Positions 1 to 22,049 of a stretch of 64,000 nt of DNA are shown piece by piece. The position numbers and the translations under genes were made by a program. The notes beneath the pieces are model-generated. The model was not told the DNA's origin and made no database searches. It worked only from the letters and a program-made list of their open reading frames with translations. Position 1 is the stretch's first letter. Each line of letters opens with the position of its first letter. The DNA comes from Chrysomallon squamiferum. Lineage: Eukaryota > Animalia > Mollusca. The stretch lies in the NCBI GenBank assembly GCA_012295275.1, contig CM022670.1, positions 10,850,001 to 10,914,000 of the forward strand, read 5' to 3'.

Positions 1-3000
1 GCAGCAACAGCAGCAACAACAAGCTGAACTGGCCAACATGGCGATGGCTGTGTCACTGCCTCAGATTTACGGAGACGAACGTGACACAATCATTGCTAAG
101 TGGAATCAGCTGCAAGCCTTCTGGGGAACAGGCAAAGGTTTCTACAGTCAGAATGCTGCTGTCACCTTCAAACCAGATAATCCATTCTGTCGTTTTAAGG
201 TAATAAAAAGCAGCCTCTTAATTCATTTTATGTCCATAATTTTGTTGTTGTTGGAGAAATAATATTTGTACCAAAGGAATGCATATATTAATAAATGTAT
301 AGTTATATGAGATTTTATACATTTGTGCAAACAAATGGAAAAACATATGCACACTCTTATACTAACCTCCCAAAATGCAAACAATGGAAAAACATATGCA
401 CATACACCTATACTAACCAACCCAAAATATTGGCATAGAATTGAAGTATAAAAAAAATATGTATGTATAAATCTATTTTTATAGATTTTAAAACTAGGTC
501 TATTAACAATTTAAGTATGTGTTTTTATTCTTATAATCTATGAATTTTATACACACACACACCACATAAAGGGGTGAGACACAGAGTGAATGTTTTATAT
601 AAATCTCCATAACTTCTGTTTTCTTTTTTTTCTTTCTTGCAGGCAATTGGGTACTGTGTGATTCCCAGTGGTAAAAATGAAGATGGTCTAGTCGCTCTCA
701 TGTTGAAGAAGAAACAGCCTGAAGTGTCAGCTGTACAGCAGCAGATAGTGGACACCATTTACAGAATACTAGGAAGTAAACACACTTTGTCTCTCTGTGT
801 GGAAGGTGTCAGGCCCATACCAGAGGACAGGTGTGTTATTGTTTTTCATTACATTCAAATGCATATAGCAGTGAAACAAATAAATTAATCAGTAAAGGAG
901 AAAGAGAAAGACTAAATATATGAGAGGATAAGTTTATCTGTTGTAACAGAGAATACTTCACTGAGAAACTGTGTTATACATGTGTTAATATTTTAATATA
1001 TAGAAACAGATTTTATGTTTTATATATATAGATAGATCTGTATGTGTGTATGTAAATCAGTGAGTGTATGTGTGTGAGGCTGCATGTCTGTCTGTCTGTC
1101 TGTATGTATACAATTATTCTTTGTGCTCATCTATCTTGAGCATTACTAATATCTTTATCTTCTCCAACATAGTTCCATATCCTCACAAATTCTTAAAAAT
1201 GCAGCTTATAAATATTTGTATTTTATTTTAAAAAACCATATATTTTATGCATCTATTTCATCTGTTAACTTACCTCTGTATTGAAAATGTTTTAATGTTG
1301 TTTTTCCACAGAACAGAACTTGTTATTTATGTGCTAGAAAGACCACCATCGGGGCCAGCCAAGCGGGTCCCTTGTATTGATCTCTACAACTTTCTTAATC
1401 AGCCAAACATCAAAACTCAACTAGAAACACAGCTCACTGTCAACAACATTGTGCCAAAGATGGGCTGGTCAAAGGAACAGCTGAAGGAGTATCTGGACAA
1501 GCCTCCTGCAGGTAGAAAATTTTCTCTGTTGTTATTATACATTGTTAGAATTGATTTCAGTTACTTTAATTCATCTGATGATGTTCACATGTTGTGATTA
1601 TTTGCATGAAAACATTTTTAGAAGGATAACACATTAATTTCTATAACAACTGGTTTTTAATCCTCTTTTTTTTCACTCTGCTTTAATTCAGTAATGGTTC
1701 CAATATTATTTAACTGGATGTAGAACTGTTTTGATGTAATTATAAAACTATTGTAGAAAAAGAACAGTTTATTTAAATTTCATTAAAGTCAGCTTTAGTA
1801 ACTAAAAATTCCTTTTTTAACAAGGATTATATATAAATAGCTATGCAGAAAAACATGGGGACAGAAGTGAAAATAAATTCAGCACATGTCATTTTGTAAA
1901 ACATTGGATTGAATAAAATTTGGTAAATACTCTGATGCTGTTTGTGTGTATTACAGGCATTGATCCATTGCTATGGCAACAAGCAAAACTAGATAATCCT
2001 GATCCAGAGACTCTGATACCTGTTCCAGTGATTGGCTTCAGAGAAGTTCAGCTGCGATTGAAACATCAGGAGGAACAAACTCGACTTCACCAACAGAGAC
2101 TTGATGTAAGTGAGAAGTAACTGCCAAGTTTTAATTCTTTTAACAAGTTCAGTGGTGAAAATTATTTTTAAATTTAATTCAGCTTTGTTCTGTGCTATTT
2201 CATACACTTTTTAAATTTTATTTTTCAGGTTATGGCTGAAGATTTGACAGAATTACAAACTAAACACAGTAACATGTTAGCAAAGTTGGAAGAATACAAA
2301 CGAAAGCATCTTGAACTTGGTCACTCACTTCTTGAGGTAAACACCGTATTACGATTTACAGATCACATATTCTTTAATAAATTAAAATTACAGAAGCATT
2401 TTATTTTTGTTTTATATTTAGGCTTCAGTGCAACAGAAAGATGTATTTACAGATAATGTATTCTATAATAAACGAAAATGACAACAGTAATGTTTTTATT
2501 TTCACGCTGTAGTAAAACAGGATATATACAGAAAGCTAGAAGTTATAGATCATTATATAGTATAATAAAATTACAATAGAAGTGTTTCATTTTCAGGTTA
2601 TTGTGAAACAGGAGATATACAGAAAGATGGGATATGCAATCCAGGCTGAGGAAGAACAGCTCAAAGTACAGCTAGAAGCTCTACAGACAGAGCTGAACCA
2701 CCCAACTCAGTTTAAGGTATGTCATTAAAGATAAAACTTAATAATGTTTGAAATCTACACAGTAATTAGTATTATAAGAATTTACTGAATCACAGAAGAG
2801 GTAATAAAAAGTAAAGAAAAAGAATGAGTATGATTATTCTTATATTATTTTATTTTTTTTTTCTACTTTGATAATTATATATTTGTTTTATTTATTTATT
2901 TATTTTTTTTTTTTTTTTGTTAGACCAAGCTGATGATATAAAATTAAAATAATATTTATTAAAGTTTTATTTTATGTTCAGAAATTCTACAATTATCTTC

Positions 3001-3886
3001 CTGTTATTTTTCCTTCTCTTGGTTAAGTTTGGAATTTTTTTTTTTTATAAATATCTATTGATGCCAGTGTCATTACAAATTTAGAAGAATTGAAAAATCA
3101 TTAATCATTTTAACAGGAGTGAAAATAAATAAATAAAATTATTTTTATTTTATTTTTGCAGGGCCGACTGAATGAATTAATGTCACAGATTCGTATGCAA
3201 AACCAGAATTCATCTCAGCGGCCAGAATCAAGTTACGAGCTGGATCGTGATCTTCAGATAGAAATGCAGCAGGTATTTCAGTTCACTTTAAATTTTACTT
3301 TGTTTGCTGTAAGAATAAAATTGCATATAATATTTTCTTGTTATATTCTTCATGAGGAATTAAATAAAGAGGGAAATTACCGTTTTTAAATCTTTATTCA
3401 GAAACTGTTAACTCACTTTAGGCAATGTACTCAGGAAATTCAGTAATCTGAACATTTTTCTTTTGACAGATTTAATACATATTAAATATATATTATATAT
3501 ATATATATATATATATGTAATTACCAGATCAATATGAGTAACTTTGTGATAGAATAAAACATAATATCCAAAATAATTATCATTAATGAACTGGTAATGT
3601 AACTAAAAAAATCTTAATACTTTAATACTGTTCAACTTCAGTGCAATTTATTAAAGATTGTTAATTTAATATATAGCAACTATTTTGTTATAATAAATCA
3701 GTGATCTTTTGTTTATACTATATTATTTCTTTCTGCTAATGTTTCTTTTTTTTTAATTTAACTTTTTAGATGCTAAAACAACAGCAGGAAGGATTACAAC
3801 ACCTGATTGAGATAATAAAAGAGGACACACAAGATCTTCACTTGATAGAACAAGGACTTAATGATTCTGCACCAACTCGAAGATGA
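1..3886 (+). CDS. NUP54: Nucleoporin p54, 5'-partial. Exons <1-199, 643-830, 1312-1511, 1957-2105, 2229-2336, 2597-2716, 3162-3272, 3770-3886
   Basis: GT-AG exon chain stays in frame. Motifs IYGDERDTIIAKWNQLQAFWGTGKG, NPFCRFKAIGY, PPAGIDPLLWQQAKLDNPDPETLIPVPVIGF and PTQFKGRLNELMSQIRMQN match recalled Nup54 sequence. Stop TGA at 3884-3886. Confidence 0.95.
324..428. repeat. Two-copy ~50-bp tandem duplication in a NUP54 intron
   Basis: tgcaaaca(a)atggaaaaacatatgcaca...tatactaacc...cccaaaat occurs twice in tandem. Confidence 0.75.
2464..2630 (+). repeat. Degenerate ~92-bp tandem duplication covering a NUP54 splice acceptor and exon start
   Basis: 2486-2539 (tgtttttattttcacgctgtagtaaaacaggatatatacagaaagctag) parallels 2578-2630 (tgtttcattttcaggttattgtgaaacaggagatatacagaaagatgg). 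Confidence 0.7.
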
Positions 3887-6170
3887 AAAGATAAATTATA
3901 TTTCAGTTTTCATTTCTTACAGCACTGATTGCAGGTTTCGAAATTAAGTTAAAATGAGAGAAGAAAAAGACATTTCTCTTTTGAGAATGTGTTCAGTTCG
4001 TTTATTTTTGGAACAAATTTAAATGGATATTGTTTGTACTTTAAAATGAGTTCATTGTAAAATAACATCACTAATTAATTTTATTAAAGGATTACTGTTG
4101 TAATTATGAAAATCCTGATTCATTTGTGATGTTCAAGTTATTTTGTATCATTTGTATCATGAATATGTGAAATTTTTAAATAAAATAAAAACTGTAATGC
4201 CTTTTATAAATGTTGTTATTTTTCTAGTGGAATGTTGTATTTTATTTATAAAAGTGTGCAACAAAGTAATTTTACTTTTTATATTTCATCAATTGTTTAA
4301 TTTATTTTGTTTTAATTTATTCTATACATTTTTTTTCTTTTCTTGTTCTGTCCAAACTTCAGTTGTTTTGATTCAGCAATCCAACAGATAAATGTCAGTG
4401 TTGAATACAAGTTTTGTAATGTTAAAATCTGAAATAGGAAATCTGTTGATCATTTCATTTACCTTTGACATATTTCTTCAGAATAATACAGATAAAGCTG
4501 ATCATAATAAAAGATTGTATTCTGTAATGTTGTTTTTTTTTTGTTTTTTTTTGTTTACCATTATGTTGATCCCATCCAGGTAAAGTTATAATTGTTTTGC
4601 TAATAGTAATAGATTTAAATATTTAACAACAACAAAAACATCCTATAATCATTCAAAAGAAACAAGAACATCAGTAAAACAATTTATTCATTATTTAAAT
4701 AAATTCCAAAATCTTAACATGCTGTTTAAACATATAACAGTTTTACAGGAATTTCTTTTTATTTGATATTTTATAGCATAACTTACAATTACTTTTGATT
4801 CAGTATTTCATTATATGGTTTACTATTAAATTTCAAACCAATATCCATTATACATATTTTTTTAACTCCATTATTTCATAATAAATAGGATTTATTTGTT
4901 TAAATCATACATACATTACGTGTCATTCAAAACTTAGGCCAATATTTTATTGTTACATTGTGTTACTCTCTAATCACCATTCTATTAAATTATTTGATGT
5001 TAATAATAAATAAATATATATATATATATATATAAACCATTACATTCAGTTAATTATTTTAATCTATAATTTTCTTACATAAATATATTTATTTTACATT
5101 TTATCTGATGATCTGACTATTGGTTGTATATTTTATTATTTCTGTTTAATCAAAAGTGGGTAAATATGTATAATTTACAATCTAAAATTTAATTTTAATT
5201 TTCTTGATTTACAAAGAACACAATTAACAAAGACAAGAATTTTTTTTTTTATAAATTATTTATGACAGAAACACACAGTTTACAGAAAATTACTAATGTT
5301 TTTAAATTTTCACAAGGTACACAAAAAGACTTATTTAGAAAATAAATATTTACCACAATTACAGAAAAGAAAAAAAAGAAGAAAAAATTACTAGGCTTAT
5401 ACATTTATTCACCGGTTTATACGCCATAAATACATTTTTAAAAGTTATATTTATTTTATGATTTGATTATAAGATTATCTGGAAAACATATACTTAAAAA
5501 GAAAAAAATATAGGAATCATGAAACATTTCAGAGACCAAGTAAAATTAACATAATGTAGTTATTTCACACCTGCAATCATTTAATGATGCTTAACTTTTT
5601 TTGTTAAATTCTATTCATGGTACATTTTAATGTGCATGAAATTAAGCATAGTTTTAATGTTAAAGTTTATTTTTGTTTAGGAAAGAAAATGAAAACTAAC
5701 GCTGTTCTGACATTTTGTTAAATGCAATAGTCCAAAATATTTTGTACATTAAATTCACAATGTATGACACTATGTAACTTATGACATATAAGATATGCAT
5801 GCACACAAACACACATACATACACAAAGAATTCACAGAATATTTGCAAAGTAACTTGTCTCTATTGACAACTGCACTCTGAATATATTTTTCAAAAAGCT
5901 GATACAGAAAAACACCAATTAATAAATATAATTTACACCAAGCAAATAAGGACAATTGTCATGTGCAATTATTCCAATTATGTACAATTAAATTTAAAAC
6001 AACAGTGTCTATAATTGTTTATTTAATCTCGATAAGACTATCACAGAAAATTCCTTGTATTTCACAGATTGTGTTACATAGCAGAATAAATTACTGAAAC
6101 AAAAATTTTATCAAAATTTTCAGCATTTTGCTGACATTTTTATTACAACAAATAAATATTATTAATACGA

Positions 6171-6207
<37 letters not shown>

Positions 6208-7408
6208 TATTACAAGAATAAATAGAAATGCATGGAACAAAATATTTCACAAATGTCATAACAGCCGAGTGCATGCTCATAGTTAAATTAACAGTAGTGC
6301 ATTAAATGCAAACAATTATTAATTAGTTTCAATAATGTTTGTGTGCAAGTGTCTGTGACTTTTCTATATAATATAAAAACTAGCAAAAGTGAAAAAAATG
6401 TTCAAAAAAATTAATTACCAAGCAGAGTCATTAATGGCCAAATAATGATCTAAATCTGGCTGAAAAATTCAAAACAATTAAAAAGATGCACCCAGTATTG
6501 TGACAAATGAAAAATAAATCTTTATTTTCAAAAATCCATATCTGTAATTTATTCACCCTCAATCACTGACTACAGAGATCATGAAACATAATATTTATGT
6601 GAGCAAGTTTGAAAATGCATTAGGTATGTTCAGGATTGTTAAAACAACACAAACACATTAACAAAAGAAAATAATAAATAAATAAATATGTTTATCAATT
6701 TCATTAGAACTGTGCTTGACTAGCAATTAAATTTGAAATTCTGAGATATTTTGTTGAAAAATGAAAATATTAATATTTATCATGCCTCTTTTCTTGATGC
6801 CAAAAGCAACATAATGCTAAAACGTACAAGATGTTTTAATTATTCCCTAAAATTAATAAATAACAAAGTAAATATTTTATTTTTGGTTTTACTTCACTTT
6901 ATTTGCAAATGCAAGAACAGAAACTCTTTTTTGTTTCGTTTTAATAAGCAAAAACAAAAATGAATCTAAATACATGTAACAATTGTAAATTAAATATATA
7001 AATAAATTAACATTCTGACATAATGTAACTGATGTAGAGCACTTGAAACATACAAAAAACCTCCAATAGCTTACACTACAATGTCCAATTTTTTTTAAAT
7101 TAAATTTGCCACATGAGAGTCAGAAGGATGTAAAAATGTAAGAAAAGCAACTTTCAGAAATTCAAGGATAACTGGTTGTAAAGTGTTGATCACAGAAAAC
7201 GTAAGCAGGCAATGCTATTCTGAATATAGTATATGGAGTTTAATTTTTTTGACATAATGTTATCAAAGTTATCTTCTTCAAATTACCATACCAATGGAAT
7301 TGAACAAAACCCTTGAAAAATTTCACAAATTAAGCATAACCAATCATGTTTCTCAAAACCAATTTGTTTGTGGTTTCTCCCTTCTTGTGATATTATGCAA
7401 AAAATTAT

Positions 7409-9128
7409 TCACTGATTTCGATCATTCATCCTTCTCGTTTTTGGGGGGCTCAGCAAAACGTTTGCCGACACCGAAGTTTCATCTGTTTCCATAGAAACCT
7501 CACTCGCCTGAGTTTCACGAGTCTCAGATTTGGCAGACGATTTCTTCCTTTTCACTGCTTTGCCTGTTGCCGCCCTGGCTGCTGTGGCCTGCCACTCGCT
7601 CTGTACCTTCAGTCTCAGACTGTGAAGCAGTCGACTCATGCACATGTTGGAGGGCAGATCGGAGACACGGGACATGACCTCCATCCTGCACTCGGGACAC
7701 CTGAACGTGCTGCTCTGACAGAAAACACATTTTGTCGAATTGATCGTCTCCAGCAGTTTCTCCAGACACCGTCGATGAAACGTGTGCTGACAGGGCAGAT
7801 ACTTGTTGGTATGATCCAAGGTCTGCAGGCAAATGGCACACTCCAGCAGTTTGCCCACTGCATTCGGCATCTTGCTAATAAATGCTACAACCAGCTCCTG
7901 CAGCTTCCTCTTCAATGTCTGACACAGAGGAACTCGGCAACTGTCGCTGTCGAGCTGGCAGTGTTTGGCATGGTATAGACACAGAATTTTGAAGTTTTTG
8001 CACGTGGCACAACCTCCTATCAGTCCGATCCTACATTTACGAGTGTGATCCTGCACATACTTCATCTTCATGCAATTCTTAATGCGACAGCGAACTTCCG
8101 TACAGTGACATGAGTGAACTAATACTGTCATACACTTCTTTAATGTCTTCTTTCTCTCCTCTGATGTTGCTTTCTCTTTCTGAGTGACATTTTTGTTTTC
8201 TGAAGACATTTTACTAGTTTCTTTTTTCTTTTCAGCATCTTCTTTGGCCTATTTATAAAAATAAAATTTTAATTTATCTTTATATGTGTGTATATGTATG
8301 TATGCATGTGTGCCTCTCTCCTATATATATATACATATACACCTTATAAACATCCAGTTAAACATTCTCAAATTCAAAGCACTTTTATAATTGTATGAAC
8401 CTTATCAGTTTTACTCTTGTGTAATGCAACAATAGAAATCGTGAATTTCTGCCCATCATAATTTCAAACTGGATATTTTGACAGCAAAGGCAGAAATAAT
8501 CACTTACCTTTCTACGAGTTTGAGAGCGAGTAACTATAGTTGAAGGAGGAGTCTGAGAACAACCTCTTCTAAAAGCTGATGCTGTCTGCTGAGCTACTGA
8601 TTCTGCTGTTACTCGCAGAGCCTTGTCTGCAGAAGATGAAATCTGGGAATCAGCTGATTTTAGAAGTCTTTTTGTGTGCAATCGAGTCCTTGGACCCCCT
8701 GTTCGTAAATCAACATGATTTCCTGCTGTGTTTTCTGCTGGAGATGATGTACAGTCAGTGGTAGTTGATTGAGGTTCTGTTGCTGTAACACACCTTTTTG
8801 ATGACAACGATGATGATGAATTGGGCTTGGGCACCTGTGCTGACAAAGTTTTTAAAGCAAGAACTGTGGCTTGGGATTCAATGTTCAGCTCACATTTGTT
8901 TTCCAGGAGTCTGTTAATCCATATGTTAGTTGGTAGGTCCACAATGTTTTTACCTACTGATTTCTTACACTCAGGACATCTCCAGAAACGAGTCAGCCGT
9001 ACACGATTCTCTAAACACTCTATGCAAAGTGTGTGTTGGCATGGCAACAGCTTACTGGTGCTGTCTAGAGAATTGTTGCAGGCTGTGTTATTACACTGTA
9101 GGAGAGACAGAAGTGTCTGCTGCTCCAT
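7409..9128 (-). CDS. Uncharacterised RING-TAZ-RING zinc-finger protein, ~486 aa, putative E3 ligase. Coding exons 9128-8508 and 8248-7409
   Basis: Acceptor at 9164-9163, ATG at 9128, donor AAG|GTAAGT at 8508/8507 (phase 0), acceptor TAG| at 8249 in frame with the 8209-7409 ORF. RING1 is LLQCNNTAC-x12-CQHTLCIEC-x12-CPEC..DLPTNIWINRLL. The TAZ domain has three H-C-C-C clusters. RING2 is LLECAIC-x12-CQHTFHRRC...CPEC..DLPSNMCMSRLL. Confidence 0.85.
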
Positions 9129-10377
9129 TGCTGTGTGAAATTTCACAACAGCATTTGTGACCCTGAAAATAAAATGTTTTAATTACCACTTGATAAATTT
9201 GACATGGTCCTTTTTTTTCTCTTTTTTTTTTTTGTTGTTGTTTTCTATATTTTTATATGCAGGATGTACTTATCTGCTATAAAGAGTACTTTAAACAAAA
9301 TTACAAACAGATATACACATTTAACTTTGAATATTATTATAACAATGCACACATCTCATTCTTGCTATATAATAATAGTTAATATAATTTAATTTGCATG
9401 ATGACCACCACCACCCAAAAATCAACATATTATAAAAACAATTATGAATCACCAATATTAAAAATAATAAATTTAAACCTGTGATGTGATATCTAAACTA
9501 TTATTTTCTAAAGTTTCCTGAATGGGAGGGGGATATATATCCAAAACATTAAATTCTCAGGCTAAATTCTGACTGTACCAAGACAGCTATGTTAACTATC
9601 TGATTACCATCAGAACTTTCAGTCTACCTCTCTATCAAATTATTAACCCCCTGTTGTGTCACAGACGTTTTCCTAAGGAAAAAAAGGAAATAAATAAATG
9701 AAAAAATATTAGGCTGATATGTTACAAGTACAACTGTGGATTATACTTTCAGTTTTAATATTTTTCTGGTGATGCTGTACTACCTCTTTCAAAAATATTG
9801 ATACAAACTCTAAGTTTTGTTTATCCAATATCTGAATATGATGTACTAGAAATAATCAATTAAGAGATATGCATGCAAACCAAACCACAAAATAATAAAT
9901 AAAAACACAAAAAAGCTATATAATATAATTATATTCAATTATATTGTGCTGTGAAGACGTCTTCATTTCCTTATGAGTTTCTAAGTCTAACAGTGCTACT
10001 TCACGTATGTGTGTAATAGTAACAGCATTACATGATTACTTTTACTACTGTAAAAAATTACAGATGGTTTTGTCTAGAACTGATACATCATGTATTACAT
10101 GCACACCCTGTTGGGGATAACATTAAGTTGATTAACAGTATTCAGTAACAAATACATATCGTTTGTGATAGTTATGCGAACTACATTTGTTTCAATATTG
10201 GTTATCTCTTAGTTTCTTAAAACAAAGAAAAATGTTACAAAATAATGTAACTGAAGCTGAGTGATGACATGCAGTGATAGGCAGTTCACAAATGAATTTG
10301 AGATTATTTCCACGTCCTTTATTTACAAAATCGAGACTGTGTGTGTCATAAGTTATTTTTATAATCGAATTATATAC

Positions 10378-10762
10378 CTTTTCTCTTAAAAAAATTCCTT
10401 TAAATGCTATGTTTCTGCAAAGGTAGCAAAATCTAAACCGGTATTATGGATATAAGAAGAAAACGGAATTAAGAAAATGGCGACTATTTGGGTGCGGAAA
10501 TAAAAAAATTGTAACAAAACAGTCTGTCCGCAGGGTTAAACAAAAGAACTACGGCGAAAGAAATATACTGATACTTACAAGAAACCTGAAAGTAACAACA
10601 CATAAATACTTTTACTGTATATGTACCGAAAGTAAACGTAATTGTATCCAAGAAACACCAAGCCAAGTAGATCGTCAATAAAAAAAAATTCTTAGGTTTA
10701 GCACTTAGCACAGTCTTAAACTTTCAGCTTCCGTCGACAACTTCCTGTTTAAAAAATCCAGC
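10378..10762. promoter_or_regulatory. Probable bidirectional promoter and 5' non-coding exon region between the RING-TAZ-RING gene and KRI1
   Basis: Locally CpG-richer. Minus-strand donor candidates at 10378/10377 (AAG|GTATA) and ~10579 (|GTAAGT). YY1-like AAAATGGCG at ~10474-10482. ETS-like CTTCCG and ACTTCCTG just before the KRI1 ATG. Confidence 0.5.
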
Positions 10763-19762
<9,000 letters not shown>

Positions 19763-22049
19763 AAATCAGCAGGTTTTACATTATACATTCTTCATAAACT
19801 GGCAGCAGATTTTCTTATTTTATCTAGATGTCCTGATTTTTAAATATGAATTGTATGCATATTGATGTACTAAAGTATTTATTTTATTAATGCAAACCAA
19901 TCTTTTTTTTTCTTTTGTCTTTTTAACTAAAATCAGATATCTTATTTATGATGAATTTTTTAGATTTAAAATTATTTAGAAATGGGGGAGAGGCACTTTT
20001 CTAAAGAGTGGAATCTTTAAATATAAATTTCTATTATCAGACTGTAAAATGTAAAACATTATTTTGTCAAAAAGCATGTGAAAACAAAACACAACACAGT
20101 AATATTTTTGCATTGTTTTATTTGTAATTATATTTACCTGAATTGTATTCAACCCACTAACACTACTTGGTTTAAAATAAGGCACACTACTAAAAAAAAC
20201 CAGTTTAAATTCTGAATTACAACACAATGCTGTAACACTATATACATACATTTTTAAAAGGGGATAATGAAAATGTTAGCCAACTCCAAATAAAACTAAA
20301 ACATTAATGCCAACAATTACTAAACATTTTTTGATCATGTGCATCCATAAAGTGTAAGTTTTCAGTTGATTAAAAAATAAATAAATAAATAAATAGAAGA
20401 AAAGAAAATTGATATTAAATAAAACTGAATTTTTTCATTAATAAATTCAACCACACAATCAAAAGGGTAAATTTCTCATAGCATCACAAAAAAAAAAATA
20501 ATAATAAAATAAAAATTGTCAGAATTATCAACTTTAAAAAAATACATGTATGACAGTTAGAAGGTTAATTTCTTCCAAAAATGTATACATTTATAAATAA
20601 AGACTAATTGATCTTGTATAATTACTAATTCATTAATACTCAATCTTTTTAACAAACAATAATTGGACAGATTTCATTTTCATGAAAGAATGTCAAACTG
20701 GTTCTACAAAACTAAGATAAATTAGTTTTCAATTTTGGCAAGTCATGATTTAGTGACAGTCATCAGCATATATGCATGTATATATAAATTATATTCTGTA
20801 TAAAATGTACTAGATGCATATGACAACTGACCTTTAATGTAAAATATCAGAAACACGAAACAACAATCAATTTGGAAAGAACTGAGTAAATTTAATAAAC
20901 AGATGAAAAAATCATTACTTTTAATAATATTCTAGTTCAGTGACGCATCTGAAATTGGGAACACTGCTTACTGGAATAGAAGGTGTGTTCAAAATAAACA
21001 GTCCACATTTATATACTCCCATTATTACTTTTAATAAGAATGTTCTTTTTTTACATAACAGTTAAATGGATTAATAGCATAAAAAATTCTGCTAAAAATG
21101 TGATAAAATTCAAGATTTAAAACAATTTAAAGTTTAAAAAATAAATAAAAATGAAAATAAAACGTTTGAAGAAGACACTGCAACAATAAATGAATTGTAA
21201 AATACAGTTTTAACATTTAAAAATAACACATAGAGCCACTGCATCAGTAGACATGCAACAGAAAAACTAACATACTGTTTTAATGTCGGGAATAAAATGT
21301 GTTTGGTAATAGAGTAACAATTTAGGATTCTGTGAAATGTCATGACATTGTAATCAAATATTTATCTGTAAGTCTTAAACTGATTGTCTAAAGCAACCTT
21401 TTTGAATATTGTTTCAGCCTAAAAATCTTCAACAAAAATACTTTATGTGCATTTTTAATAGATACAGATAAAGCATGAAAGCTGGAACTTCTTTTAAAAA
21501 ATTCTTTTCTAATGACATTTTTTAAAATTTTGTTTCTAATGCAGATTATGATCAGTTTCTGAATACAACCAAATGTACTTAACATTGTGTCGGGTGACAA
21601 ATCCTGTATCTCACTGCCATTTTATATTTGAAAGTGTAATCAAAATGTGAGAAAACCAGCAAAACAGACTAAACATAATTTCAAGTCACTAATGAAAAAC
21701 TCATCAAAATCTTTAACAGAACAAATATTAAGAATTGTACAGAAAATTCTGAAATAAAACTGTTGGGTTATGCTCACTGTTATTAATTTTTAGCGTAACT
21801 AAAATTACGATAATTATACTAAGACCATTATGCATTTATAAATATTGAGCCTAAAGTTTATAAAACACTTGTCTTATTCAAAGTATTTAAAATCATATTT
21901 TTTTTTTTTTTTTTTACATGCTTACTGAGTTCAGCATGACTAAGCAAATGATGCATCACATGATTTCATTTAATGTTTCAGTATCACAACATTTTTAGTC
22001 TTTCATTTTACTTTGTTTATAATATTAACTAAGATGGTAATGCCTTTTG

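Noticed and set aside
3900-7400. Short F/L/I-rich ORFs between NUP54 and the RING gene, and similar ones throughout the introns
   Set aside because: Expected by chance in very AT-rich UTR and intron DNA; no splice-supported coding signal.
7524-7978. Overlapping alternative-frame and antisense ORFs (105, 118 and 75 aa) over the TAZ-RING2 exon
   Set aside because: Shadows of a GC-rich coding exon with no recognisable motifs.
7409-9128. Calling the gene CBP/p300 or SH3RF/POSH, or a pseudogene of either
   Set aside because: No HAT, bromo, KIX or SH3 exons in the flanks; the frames are open and the Zn ligands are retained.
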